A DNA stretch of 64,000 bases. It comes from Marsupella aquatica (Eukaryota; Plantae; Marchantiophyta). Location of the stretch: contig OZ316891.1 in the NCBI GenBank assembly GCA_973895155.1, positions 23,993,899-24,057,898 on the forward strand. Reading direction: 5' to 3'. Made by a program: the position numbers and the translations under genes. Below the pieces are notes generated by a model. That model saw nothing but the letters and a program-made list of their open reading frames with translations, was not told the origin of the DNA and ran no database searches. Position 1 is the stretch's first letter; each line of letters starts with the position of its first letter. Below, one piece after another: positions 11,651 through 23,979 of the stretch.

Positions 11651-14600
11651 ATGGAACAGAGTGACACAGAGATGTGTGAGTATGAAAGGAAAGCTATGGA
11701 ACAACGAGCATACATGAAAGCCAAAATCGCAGAACTGGATCTGGAAAAGGATGTGGCTGAATTGTAAGGGAACGATTCTCAACTACACCCCTCCGCTGAG
11801 TTTGTGTGACATGAATAGTTCAATGTGGCACTGAAATTGTGACTGTATTCTCATATTGGAATGTCGCAGAGCCACAGCATTTTCAAAGAAACAAAAGGAG
11901 TACGCAAGAAGGGTGACCAGCACTATCTCTGGGCCTGTGCGTCGGAGTGACAGGTTGAGCAAGAAGGTCGTACCTACAATGGCAGAATGTGGAGATGACA
12001 TTGATGCTGCACAGGTGGGTGCAGACACTAGACAAGAAGATGCAGATGATGAGTATTTTCCAGAGGAAATGGATGAGGATGGGGGTTATGAAGATGAATA
12101 CATTGCAGAGCAGCCCCAAAAGAAACATGTAAGTAGTTTTCCCAACAAGGTTTTGAGTTAAAAACTCTTGTTTAGAGGTTTCATATGTTCAGTACTACAC
12201 ATATGTACCTTGCTTAGTTCCTGACATTGTAGTTGGTGATGTGATGCAGCGTCCTGCCAGTTCTGTTTTGCCTTCGAAGCCTGTGCATGCACCATACCAG
12301 CAGGGGGGGCTGACCTCTGATCAAGGTTGGCGAGGTGGTAGTAGTGGTAGATCCCAGGCTGGTGCCCAAAACTATGGCAGGGGGCAAGCTCTAGGTTATG
12401 CCCGTGGTAGAGGCAGAGCAGGTCCAAACCCACAATCTCGTGGGTATGGACGTCCACCTCAACCGTGGGGATGTGAGTATATATCTATATGCCAGTTCTT
12501 TGTGAAGGCATGGCACTCCTGAATTTCAGACTGCATATCAATTTTTGACATTGTTTGGGATGTATTGGATTCAGACAACATGAAATTCTGTCCACCTGCC
12601 ATTGCATGCAGATTCTGCCCAACCTGATTGGGCAAATGCTAGTAATGATCAGTTCCAATGTCCACAAGGACAGACATGGGTTGAACCAGGTTGGGAGGAT
12701 GGTGGTGGGTCGTGGAATGAACAAGGTTGGGAAGGTGGTGAAGGTAATTGGCAGGGATATCAAAATTCAGTACCTACAAACGCTGGAAGAGGAGCAGGTA
12801 ATGTCTGATCTTGTCAGCAATGGAAGAACTCATTATATGTGGAGTCCATTCACGTGGGGGGGACTCTGCACATGTATAATGATAGAAAATGTATGTGTGC
12901 AGGTTGGACAGTCGAACCATCGACTCAAGTATTCACTAATGCCCCTATGCAGATGCAGCACGGAAGGGGGACAGGTATGTCGGTGAATGTTCAGTTGTTT
13001 TCCTACAGTTTGTACTTAGTTTTCAGTACATATGTTTGCACACACATACCTAGAAAGTGACATCATCCGGCCCCTGTACTAGGCTGGACAGGTGGTCCAG
13101 GGTCGCAACAATTTCAGAGTGCAGTCCCTGCACAAGCATCTACAGGCAGAGCTACAGGTATGTATGTTTGAAGAATTTTTCTTGAAGTGAAGCATTGAAT
13201 GTTGCCGTCATCCATTCTGCTATATGTAGTTCTCAAGCATGAATGGCATTGTATTTTCCCAGGTGGCTTCAGAACCCCAGGTAGGGTGAATGAAGGGGTG
13301 GCCAATACAACGCCCAGTACTACCGAGAGCAGTGCACGAGGGGAGGTGACAAAGAAAGGGAACGTAAAGTTGAATGAGAGACAATGGGTGGATGCTGAGT
13401 GTCCTCGCAAGAACCGATGGCATGCTGATTTGAAAGCTGAAGTATTGCGTTGGTTAGATGTGAGTGTTATTAATTTTAAAAAACAGCATCCAAAAGATTG
13501 GAAGACTGTATGTGAAAATGTTGCTGCCAAATGGAATTATGTGGGCAGTGATGATGGCGTGGACATAGGTTGCCTAGAGAGTACAGCAGGTAAAATTATC
13601 AAGCAAGAGAGGTGGAGAATGCATAAGGCTTGGAAGGAAGGTGGGGAGAAGCCAGATATGCCTCCACCAGCCAGTTGTGATGATAAAGTGTGGGCAAGGT
13701 TAGTAGCTTATTTTGTAACAGATGCTTCAAAAAAGAAGAGTTCACAGATGACCGAGGCCAGGTTGAGTGTTCAGAACCCTAATCTGACAGGAAGGACCGG
13801 CACTGCACCGACAGCTAAACGTTTGGTAAGAATGAATGGCCTAGCTATGTAATTTATGCTACACTATGTACTATTTTTTAGTGTAAACCCATACATGTAA
13901 ACTTTGTTTTTTAGTGTACGTTCCCTGAATATTGATCGATAACTTGTGTTTGCCATGCATGTGCAGAAAGCCCAATTGGGGCAAAGCCCTTCAAAAGAAG
14001 AGTTGAGGGCTGAAATTGTGAACACCCGGGCTCAAGAGGGTGCATCTGAATCCTCCAAGCATGTAAGTTATATGAGTTCTGATTGGTAATTGAATGACCT
14101 GCGTTGAATTTCAGGTGTACACTGTATATAACATTGATTGTGCATATATTGCCCAACATTTCATATGGAGTGATTGAACCTATACCCCTGTGTCATGTAG
14201 GGAGGTGGATCTTCACTTACAGAGATAAGTGGTCGTTTGAAGGCTGTCGAAACATGTCTTCCAGAGATCAATGAACGCTTGAATTCATTGACTGACTTGT
14301 TCCATGTGAACTTCAAGACATTAATGGAAGCTGTTGTGTCGGTGAGAGATAAAATTGATTCCAATTCTGCAGGAGTTCCACCATCACCACTTGAGGTGGC
14401 AAAGTCGATGCACTCTTCTGGCATGCCAACGACATGTAGGCTTGAAGGTAAGGCCTTTACAACTGTGTGGGATATGATTATTAAATGTATAGTTTGAATT
14501 GACATTGTTTGTTGAATGTGTTATTTTCAGTAACATATATTGTGGTTGTTGTGTCCATAGAGAATAAGACAGGTGCTACAGAGAAGAAGTATGAGAACCT

Positions 14601-15357
14601 GGCAAATACTCGCTGTAATTTAGAGGCAACAAAGTTGCAGTCTGTACAAGCAACTTGTTTGACAGAGGGCAGTCAACCATGTTTGGATGAGGATGACATT
14701 GGCAAGGGAGTGGATGATATCAATGTTGGGGCAAATGAGGATATCAGCAAGCATGACAATGATACCATTGAGCCAGATTCATGCTATGTAGATCTTGACT
14801 CCATTGCAGAGATAAATGATTTGCAGAATGTATCATTCTCAATGACAGGTGTGCCTCTTGTTGAGATAAATCCAACCAAAGAGTTAGTTGGTATGACACT
14901 CCCAGGTGATGAACCTGCTACTGTGACAGTCCTAACAGAGGAACCTACTGAGCCTAGCTTCACTACTGTGAAGAGAGGAAGCATGCGCACACGAAGCAAG
15001 TCTGCTGGTGGGAGCAGAGCCACGTCAAAGGTTTCATACAAACCTCCAAGAACAGTGCTGGCAGAAAGATCTAAGGTGGAAGTGGGGAAAGCACCTAATG
15101 CTGAGGGACAAAGTGGCTTGTTAGCTGTTGATGAGAGTGGAACACGAGTAGGATTTGCCAGAGTGCAGGTTGGTTCCACAACGTTCCATGGCAAGAGGAT
15201 TCCCCCAGGTTATTCAGTAGTGTTAGTCACATTACTAGTGAAACCTAAAGCTGTCCTTCCCATTCCAAACACAAATGATGATCCTCCTCAAAAGACACTT
15301 GGAGATGCTGCAGGTTCTTTGGTATTATGGCCAAGCAAGTTCATAGAGGATCCATAA
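11651..15357 (+). CDS. tnpA: CACTA TnpA-like multi-exon gene (Ptta/Transposase_24-like exon 13263-13825; Tnp1-like C-terminal exon 14561-15357)
   Basis: Chain of GT-AG exons downstream of tnpD. Motifs W.RLVAYF...KKKS.QM..AR...TGRTG and FHGKRIPPGYSVV.V...LPIP...TLGDA.GS.VLWP. Internal small-exon boundaries are approximate. Confidence 0.75.
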
Positions 15358-15856
15358 CAATGTCATGCCATTATTTGTTTGTAGTGTGAGTCATGTTATG
15401 TAGATTTTAGATGTCAAGAAGCAGTACAAGAATCATGTCCTCTTGGAGATTCATAGTATCATGCATGTGCTTTCAGTTATCTCATCCTACAATCATCAAT
15501 TATGAGTTCCTGTTTTGTCTAAATTACATTGATCACATTGTAAACTATTCCATTGGAATTCAAATGATCTTCATTTTTTAGCAAGATTGTGATTGTGTTT
15601 AATTCTTATGAATGTTTTATGTAGGATCTGCTTATATGATGCTTTGTTTCATGTGGATGTCATTCATGCTATGTTCATTTCTTGTATTCAATGTGTTATA
15701 TTTCTAAAGTTAGAACATCAGGTTTCTATGTATTGTAATGTCGAGTGCTCTCTCTTCTTATGAACTGTCCCTCTGTGTTCATTAGTCATGGTTATAACTT
15801 GCATGTGAACCTTATTAGTTATAAACATGAGTATATAGAGTCCCAAATGGTTCTGT

Positions 15857-16212
15857 TGTGTGACGCGGGCCAGGGTCTCCATTGGTCTCTCCTGTGACAC
15901 TAAATAGTCACACGCTAGTCGTTGTTGAATGCGGGTAAGTCATGTATGTGACTTACGATGTGACTCGCTGAAGTCATATTGCAGTCACGTCGAAACAAGG
16001 CTAGACTCCACAATAAAGTCACAGATCAGTCACAAATGGGTATCAAGCAAGTTGCAAAGCCCAGTATCAATAGTGACTTCCATTTTTTGGTCTCAACTTT
16101 TGCAACTCCAAGGGTCACAGCGTGGGTCAAGTCACGTTGAGTCACAATGAAGTCACATGAGCCAAAATGAGTCATATATTGCGGTCTCAGTTCACCTCGG
16201 ATTCTTCTAGTG
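15857..16212. repeat. CACTA right subterminal AGTCAC/GTGACT repeats and terminal inverted repeat
   Basis: More than 10 AGTCAC/AGTCAT/GTGACT motifs in both orientations, ending in CTAGTG. One AGTCAC also occurs at 8-13. Confidence 0.8.
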
Positions 16213-19200
16213 CGAGGGCGTTTCCGCGGCTTAGCGGCATGGGACGCTGCTAACCTTCTACTACTACTATTAACATTTTACACACATATACTGGATAGAT
16301 CCTTCATCGGGTCATGAGATACGTAGCCGGCCTAATATAGGCCTTCCCTTGTCTTCCCCTGTCTTCCCCTCCGTCTTGTTAGGTATGTTTGGATTCCGCC
16401 GCCGGAATGATCCCCAATAGGCTTGGTTAAGCCGCTAAGACCTCTCTCAGCTCGACACATCCAACTATCACTCCCCTGCTTACTTTCCTTCCTTCTGTTG
16501 ATGTGGGCACTCTTCACACAAGTTAATGCGACACACAAATAGCAAAATGACTCATTCTGACTGAGTCATACCATGCACTTGCCATACAAACAGTACATCT
16601 CATACACAAGTTCTGCGAACTAAGCCGTGAGGCCAACTCTATTCAGCTCTTAGGCATGAGGAAACATGAATATACACAAGGGTCACTGTATGACTAACCG
16701 AGAGCTTCTCGTACTACTTGATCCCAGCCCGGCTGGTGCAAACTAAAAACTTGCTAAAGAAGAGGCCCTGAGCTCCCCGCTGCCCAGGTACTTATCCTGG
16801 TAGTGGATCCGCCATTCTTTGCATCGTAAGCCTAATCTACCTGACAGTAATCTACTTGCCCGAATCTACCTATGTACAGCAAGGCAGGAGCACAAGTGTT
16901 GCTCCTACCAGTGGAACCGCAATCCCACTAAGCTAAGTGTCAGGGCCGCTCCTGGTTCTGATCCTAATCCTAAACGTGGAGATCCGCGCCCGCCCTGCCC
17001 ACTCACGCCTCCTCCCTCCACGTCCGCCCTCCCTAAAAGGAACGACGCCCTTGCACCGTCACGACACCGGTGGTGGATCCTCAATGGACGCCCCCAACAC
17101 TTCCTCCTCAGCCACTGCCGTTGGCCCGCCTACTGACAGATTACCTGCCCTTGACCGAGTCAACTCTCCATCGGCCTGACTGGGTCCACCTTCGGCTTCA
17201 GCCTCGACACCGGCCTCGGCAATACCCACGGCTTCGGCCTCAGCCACTCCCACGGCTTCGGCCTCCCCTTCCCCTAGGGTAGTTGGATCCTTAGCCGTGA
17301 CCCTGTCTGGGGTCGGTGCTGGGTCTACCTCCTTGATCACCACGGCCTGTGAAGTCATATTACTCCTTGACCTTGGAGGTTTCCGCTTCTTCTTCGTTGG
17401 TGGCTCGGCAGCTGGTCCCTTCCCCTTCCCACTTACTTCCGGCACTGGTGCAGTTGACGCGGCTTGTCCTTCGGCAATTACCACCCCTGGTAACTGGTTT
17501 GTCCCAACGGGAGATGGACCTGCTGCAGCTAAGCATTTAAATACTGCGGCTTGTTTCTTCAGCCGCTCTGTTTGGTTGTCGGCCCGCCGCTGTAGGTTCT
17601 CCATCTTCCTCGTGATTTCCTCCAACTCCTCTTGGGTTTCATCCAGGTCCTTACGTGCCCCCTCCAGCTCGTTTTTGGCCTCCTCCTGCTCCCTGTGGGC
17701 TTCCTCCAATTCCTTCTTCAAGGTAGCCCTCTCCTCCTGGGTTGCTCTTAGCTCCTTGTCGAGCTCTGCAATGATGACAGACTCCATCTGGTTCATCTTG
17801 GCGTAAGTCTGTTCGAGCATCTCGTCCTTCTCCCTTAGGTCGGCCTTGAAGCTGGCCGTCAGGGACGCAAGCTCCTGCTGCAGCGCCATAATCCCTTGAT
17901 AGGATTTCCCTAACTCGACCTCCTTCTGCTCAAGGGCTCCGCGGATTTTCTCGAGCTCCCCTTTCAACGCCCATTCCTTTCTTTGGGTCTCCGCCATGGC
18001 CCGGCTGTTGGCTGTTATGTGGGCCTCCTCTGTATTCTTCAGCTCTTGCTTCCACTTCTCCCTCTCTTTGATCGTGTCGGCCAACTCTTCCTGCGTCTGA
18101 GTCAGTTTATCCTTGATATTCTGATTATCAGCCTGCGCGGCGTCCAACTGCCCCTGCATGATGTTCAGCTCATGTCGTTTAATCCGCAGTTCATCTTGGG
18201 CTTTCTTGGCCGCCCTTAGATTTTCAATCTCGGCTTCCATCCTCCTAAGCCGCCGAATGACCTCGTCCTTCTTGCTTCTCTCTAAAGCCACCGCTTCTTC
18301 TAATTGGTGCTTCTCCAACTGCTCCTTGTGAAAAAAGGGTCCTACCTCCAACTCCTCTCCAAAGATGCCGAGCGCAAGTTCCCCACACATCTCACCATAC
18401 TCCATGGCTCTATTCTTAGCGTAGGTGGAGTAAGTAGAAGTGATCGGCATCGCCCATCGTGGCCTCTGCTCCCACGCCGTCCTGCGGATCTCTTCAATCG
18501 TGGCTAGAGGTTTGCTTCCTTTTTCGGCTAGCCGCCTGATGTCCTCCGGCCAATCTCCTCCTGGTAAATCCTTTTCCTTAGCCAGGGCGGCCTCTTCCTC
18601 CTGCTTGATTCGCTCCTGAAATTCCTGCACCGTCTGTTTTATGCCGTCAAAGCTCGGGGGAGCGACATCTGGTGGGGGAGACTCAGGGCTACTCTGCTGG
18701 TTGGGGTCCCCTCGCACTACCCTTGGAAGTGTGGGGACAAACCGGCCACAGGTCCTTACTCCTGGAACGTGATGGTCCGACCCATAGCCGGAATTATCAT
18801 GGCTGCAGTCCTCCACTGCCTCCTCTACCTCTTGGACGTCCGACTTCTCCCTCTCCTCTTCGTTGGTAGGAGCTTCAGGCAATTCTGCCTCAGATTCGGA
18901 GCTTGAGGTTCCCACGTACATTCGAACACCTGGCTTGGATTCCGGCCTGATTCTCTTCTTGTCTCCAGCAAAGGGGTTTTCTCTTGTGAGCCGGTGTAGG
19001 CCTACCTCTGTAGTAGTGTCCTGCATTGTTGCCGTTGCCATTGTTGTTGCCGATGCCGATTTCTTTTCTTTCTCCAGTAGTTTCAGCAGACTCTGCATGC
19101 CTGGTTGCTGCATCGGCAAGTCTTCCTTCCTGGGCCTAAACACCTGCTCGATCGTAGGACTAACAGGTGGTTGAGGCTTCTCAGCCAACGGCCTCGGCGT

Positions 19201-20772
19201 TGGAGCTTCCTCGGGTGCCCTTACCTGCAGGGGAAGTACCGGGGCAAAAGTCTGACTCTGGCATACCGGCACAACAGCGGCATGTGATAGCCAAGCTGCG
19301 ACACGCTCCCCATGCCGATTACCTGCTGCTCCTCCTTTAAGATCTTCTTCAATTGGTTGAGGAGGTACCCGTTGTAGTCCCGGCTTGGGTCTGGCCTTTC
19401 TGCCAGATAGACCTGTGCCTTGCCGATCTCTGCCCTCGGTAAGTTACAATGCATGGTCACCCGCAAGAAGTCGATCATCTCTCCTATGTGCGGGTTGGTG
19501 CAGGTGTTCCGGAAGAAGCCATTCTTCGTTGATGGCCCGGGGAACGACCGGAACTCCTTGTCAGGCAAGGTCTTCCTGGTATCAACTTTGGTCTTATTGC
19601 CCATCGGCAAGCCAAACACTTCGGCAATCACCTTGGGAGTAAGATAGAAATCCTTCCCATATATCCTCGTGCAATTGGTCTCGGGTTCCCATGACCCCAC
19701 GAATTCTAATAGGTCTGACTCCGGTACCTCCGGCTTCAGCCATGGTAATCTTACAAAGGCCTCCAAGCCGGATCCGGCCATGAAGCCTTGGTACTTCTTG
19801 GTCTGCATGGCCGTAAAGCATGCATCCTCCTCCCGTGCAAAATGTAGTTGCACCTCCACCGGTAGGGTTGCCGCCCAGCCCTTCCAGGTGTCATCCCTGG
19901 TTGGAATGGCCTTGATGGGATCGACCTCCTCCTCTTCGGCTTCTCCCTGCCTCCTGCTCTGCTGCTCGGCTGGCTTCTTTGGTGCCGCCGACCTCGTTCT
20001 TTTTGCCGGGGTGGCTTCATCGTTGACGGCCCCCTTCCTCTTCATCTCTGCTGCCGTGGAGGTTTCTCCTAGCACCGTTGCCCGGGTCCACCTTTCCGTG
20101 CTACCCTTTAATTCCCAGTGTATGTCGTTGCAGTTCTTGATGGCCTCTCGGATGCCGACGACGCTGTCTTTGCAAAACAGAAGATCGTCGAGTTGATTGG
20201 AAGTAGGCGTCCACAGGAACTCGTCCTTGATGAGTTCGCCTCCTAAGAAAGCCGTCTTCTGCAGCTCCCACAATCGAGCGAGCTCCTGCCGTTCTCGAGC
20301 TGCCCTTTCTGACTCCTCGTCCTCGTAAGTCTTGATGTACTCAGTTGCCCGTTCGAACAGGCATCCCCAGAAATGTGCCGCTTGATTGACGTTGCTCATA
20401 CCCTCCTTAGGTCGATCGTCGGTATCTACTCTCTCCCCGAGTGCTTGCCTAAGCAGCTGACAGTAGTTGGCCTCCCGTAGTCGTCTGCCTAGTTTGTGCT
20501 CGCAAATGAGCCACCATCTCCTGCAAGCGCTCCTTACCCCTCTCCTCTGCCGGTCCTTCTTCCCGTTGATCCTTCCTAGCCGCCGACGCTTAACGCGCCC
20601 TAACCCTAATCGGGTTTTCACCCTCAGCCTTACCTCCGGCCTCTGCCCGGGTTCCATGGTTGCCCCTAATTGTTTATATTTTCCTTGTTTTGTCACTATT
20701 CTAAGGTGTTCCTAGGGTGCCTTCCTGCTTTACCCACTTAACCGGCCGAGTGATTCCTGTCTAGGCATCACA
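16213..20772 (-). repeat. 3' LTR of element A (LTR1), last ~75 bp displaced by the CACTA insertion
   Basis: Starts TGTGATGCCTAG directly after the PPT and is near-identical to 26973-31631. Confidence 0.92.
17059..20657 (-). pseudogene. LTR-encoded ORF (PMD-like domain + coiled coil) with a 1-bp deletion near 19256
   Basis: The 491-aa and 737-aa ORFs join into the single frame seen in other copies (TCTGACTCTGG here vs TCTGACCTCTGG). Confidence 0.85.
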
Positions 20773-23700
20773 TAGCTCCCCACTTAATTGTGAAGCGTCC
20801 TCGCGAACAACTTCATCTTCGTCCATATAGTATTTCTTGAGGCGGTCATAATGGATGCGAACTGGATATACCTCTCCCGTAATGTTGGCCAATTGCACGG
20901 AGCCATTGGGGAACATCATGGTTACTCTAAAGGGTCCTAACCAGCGAGTGTAAAGCTTTCCTGGAAACCTACTATACCTACTGTCATAAAGTAGCACAAG
21001 ATCACCGGTATGAATACTAACTACTTTTAACCTTTTATCATACTGCTGCTTCATGATATTCTGTCTATATTCTACTCTCTCGGCTGAAATCATTCTCGCT
21101 TCCTCTAAAGCTTCTAACCTATATTCTCGCTCCTTTAGGCTCTCCTCCGCTGAGGCTCTTTCCTCAATTGTAACTTGAAATGTCGGTATCTCAAGTTGCA
21201 TGGGTACCAGGGCTTCTTGTCCAAAGGTTAAGAAGAAGGGTGTATGACCGGTAGTGGATTTATAGGCAAGATCGTAAGCAAAAACAGCAGCAAACAATTT
21301 ATCATCCCAATCGAGTTTGTTCTGAGCTACTGTCTTGTTCAATATCTTTCCTATGATTCCGTTTGCTCGTTCTGTCAACCCGTTTGCCTTTGGATGGTAG
21401 GGAGTAGTAGGCCTATGTTTAACTAAATACTGCTCATTTAAACGACTAATTATATCATTCAAAAAATGGGTTCCTCTATCACTAACTAATTCTAGGGGTG
21501 CTCCATACCTGGTGAAGATCTGCTCATACATGAATCTAGCCGTAGTAATTGCATCATCCTTCGTTGTTGGTCTGGCCTCTACCCATTTAGTTGCATAATC
21601 CGTAGCCAGGATTATGTACTTGTTCCGTCGAGGGTGGGTCAGTGGTTTCAGAGGTCCAATGTAATCAATACCCCACTTCTCGAATGGTGCCAGAGGTAGA
21701 ATAGGGTGCAGTGGATGCCTGGTGGACGCCCTTGGTCCTCCCGCTCGTTGACAAGGATCGCATTGTTTGATAAACTGATAGACATCTTTGTGCAAGGTGG
21801 GCCACCAGTAACCGGCATTTAATATCTTCTTAGACGTGGTTACTGGGGCAAAATGTCCTCCGGCCTCCTCTCCATGCATGGCCCGTAGGACTCGTTTTAC
21901 CTCTCTCTTTTCCAAACACCTTTGAATCGTGCCGTTGATTCCATGCTTGTGCAGTATGCCTTTAATGCACTGATACTGTCTGACCTTCCGCACAAAGACT
22001 GCGGCTTGCTCTCGGCTTAATCCTGGCTGTAATCTAGAAGTGCTGAGAAATTGTAAAATCTCAGGGTACCATGTACCAGCTATCTCCACAACGAATAGCT
22101 CCTCGTCGGGGAATCGATCATCGATGCAATCCGTGGCAGGTTTACCTGTGATCCTTGAAAAGAAGTCGGCATTGGCATGTAACTTTCCCGGCTTGATCCT
22201 CAGCTCATAGTCAAACTCCTGTAATAGCAAAATCCATCTTGCTACTCTGCCTGTAAGGTCCGGCTTATTGACTAGGTACTTCAAACTTTCATGATCAGTA
22301 TGAAAGATTACCTTGTACCCTAGTAAATAATGCCTAAACTTTTTACAAGAATAAATGACTCCTAATGCTTCTCTTTCCGTGGTAGAGTAGTTCCGTTCGG
22401 CATCGGCAAGCTGACGGCTTGCGAAGTATATGGGATGGTCCCTTCCTTTCTCATCCAACTGACTTAGTACTGAGCCAATACAGAAGCCCGAGACATCTAC
22501 AAAAACATGAAAATCTTTGTTCCAGTCCGGTGCTATCATGACTGGGGCCTCTACTAACATCTGCTTCAATTCTACCACCGCTGTGACTCGTTCGGGTGTG
22601 GGTTCGAAGTCTGCTCCTGCCTTGAGCATATTGGTTAATGGTAAAGCTAGCTTGGCAAAATCCTTGATGAACCGGCGATAGTAACCAATGCATCCCAAGA
22701 AGGATCTTACATCCTTTATGTTCTTAGGTTGCATGATATCTAGCCATACTGCTAGCTTACCTTTGTCAATCTCAATGCCCTTCCTTGATACCTTGTGACC
22801 TAGTAGCACCCCCTCGGTTACTGCAAAAAAACATTTATCTGGGTGTAACTTGAGACCCACCTCTCTACATCTCATGAAGGTTTTCCTGAGGTATTTAGCA
22901 TGTTTCGATGCCTTCCCGAATACTGCAAAGTCATCAATGAAGATTTCCATGAACTTTCTCAAGTAATCATGAAAAATGTTCACCATTAATCGTTGGAACA
23001 TAGCTGGTGCGTTGCAGAGTCCAAACGGCATACGATTGAAGACATAGATCCCCCATTCCGTGATGAAGGCCGTCTTGATTTGGTTATAACCAGAGTATCC
23101 ATCCATGAATGAATATAGTTCATGACTGGCTACCATGTCTAGTACCATATCAGTAAACGGTAAAGGAAAATGGTCTTTTAATGTTGCTTCATTCAGCTTC
23201 CTGTAATCCTGACAAACCCGGATCTTGGGTTTACCATCGGGTCCAGCTTTCTTGGGCACTATCACAATTGGAGACACCCAGTCTGAATGCAGGACTGGAG
23301 TGATGAATCCAGCTTCCACTAGTTTGTCGATTTCTGTTTTGACCAGTAGGGAATACTTCGGGTTCATCCTTCGAATTGGTTGTCGAAATGATTTGGCTCC
23401 TAACATGAGATCAATTCGATGTTCCCCTAGTGTTGGATCTACTCCCTTTAGATCTTGGTGACTCCATGCAAACACATCCTGAAATTCAATCAATAAGTCA
23501 CTGATCTCTTTCTCGAGCTCAGGTGCTAGGTTTCTCCCTAAGTTCAGTTCTCTTCCCTCTCCTAAGTCGAGCTTCCGATATTGCCGTGCTTGGATCATAT
23601 TAATCTGCTTCTTCAAATTCGGGTCCAGTTCGGCTTCCAGTCTCTCTAATCTCATACCTCCATAAACTGGGATCTCGGCTGGACTAGCCGAGTCGGTCCC

Positions 23701-23979
23701 TTCCTTGGTGTCCATAGATTGTCCCCTTACCGGTCTATTCGGTTTTGAATTAGTGGTCGGCTCCCCTTCCTGCCTTGGCTCTAGATCGTGTCTGTCCATC
23801 TCATCCACCTCTTGCTCCTGAGAGTTAGGCCGCTGTGCTCTCTCGGCTTCTAATAGGGCCTCAATTTGTTCTGCCCTTGTAATTGGCTTGTATGCCGATC
23901 CCTTGGTATTTAATTCCTTGCCGATGATCGATGGCGTTGTGGACCCCGTCGGCTCTGCCACAACGCCTGCAGAAAATCC
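20761..23979 (-). CDS. pol: Pol (RT-RNase H-integrase), in the -1 frame relative to gag-PR; stop codon lies inside the 3' LTR
   Basis: WVSPIVIVPKK, RVCQDYRKLN, MPFGLCNAP, FIDD, VDVSGFCIGSVL, YSTTEREAL, TDH, HHCC zinc finger, PFEKWGIDYIGP, SDRGTHF, NGLTER, WLGPF. Apparent in-frame deletion in RT (GYNQI-KTAF). Confidence 0.93.
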   Translation of the reverse strand, partial: GFSAGVVAEPTGSTTPSIIGKELNTKGSAYKPITRAEQIEALLEAERAQRPNSQEQEVDEMDRHDLEPRQEGEPTTNSKPNRPVRGQSMDTKEGTDSASPAEIPVYGGMRLERLEAELDPNLKKQINMIQARQYRKLDLGEGRELNLGRNLAPELEKEISDLLIEFQDVFAWSHQDLKGVDPTLGEHRIDLMLGAKSFRQPIRRMNPKYSLLVKTEIDKLVEAGFITPVLHSDWVSPIVIVPKKAGPDGKPKIRVCQDYRKLNEATLKDHFPLPFTDMVLDMVASHELYSFMDGYSGYNQIKTAFITEWGIYVFNRMPFGLCNAPAMFQRLMVNIFHDYLRKFMEIFIDDFAVFGKASKHAKYLRKTFMRCREVGLKLHPDKCFFAVTEGVLLGHKVSRKGIEIDKGKLAVWLDIMQPKNIKDVRSFLGCIGYYRRFIKDFAKLALPLTNMLKAGADFEPTPERVTAVVELKQMLVEAPVMIAPDWNKDFHVFVDVSGFCIGSVLSQLDEKGRDHPIYFASRQLADAERNYSTTEREALGVIYSCKKFRHYLLGYKVIFHTDHESLKYLVNKPDLTGRVARWILLLQEFDYELRIKPGKLHANADFFSRITGKPATDCIDDRFPDEELFVVEIAGTWYPEILQFLSTSRLQPGLSREQAAVFVRKVRQYQCIKGILHKHGINGTIQRCLEKREVKRVLRAMHGEEAGGHFAPVTTSKKILNAGYWWPTLHKDVYQFIKQCDPCQRAGGPRASTRHPLHPILPLAPFEKWGIDYIGPLKPLTHPRRNKYIILATDYATKWVEARPTTKDDAITTARFMYEQIFTRYGAPLELVSDRGTHFLNDIISRLNEQYLVKHRPTTPYHPKANGLTERANGIIGKILNKTVAQNKLDWDDKLFAAVFAYDLAYKSTTGHTPFFLTFGQEALVPMQLEIPTFQVTIEERASAEESLKEREYRLEALEEARMISAERVEYRQNIMKQQYDKRLKVVSIHTGDLVLLYDSRYSRFPGKLYTRWLGPFRVTMMFPNGSVQLANITGEVYPVRIHYDRLKKYYMDEDEVVREDASQLSGELCDA
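20773..20786 (-). promoter_or_regulatory. Polypurine tract
   Basis: AAGTGGGGAGCTA immediately precedes the TG of the 3' LTR. The same sequence is at 46907-46920. Confidence 0.75.

Larger units (their letters stand above)
1..16212 (+). mobile_element. CACTA (En/Spm) DNA transposon; left end lies outside the window
   Basis: Ends ...ATTCTTCTAGTG (rc CACTAGAAGAAT) at 16212. Encodes TnpD and TnpA and has AGTCAC subterminal repeats. It interrupts a Gypsy LTR at GCTTGG|CGA; the missing ~75 bp of that LTR is not present in 1-16212. Confidence 0.88.

Noticed and set aside
15857-16190. Repeat arrays here and at 41485-41752 as CRISPR
   Set aside because: Short degenerate motifs in both orientations, no constant repeat-spacer period, no cas genes, eukaryotic context.
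17059-20657. LTR ORF as an env gene located between pol and a short LTR
   Set aside because: PPT, PBS and TSD positions place it inside the LTR, and no signal peptide or transmembrane helix is visible.
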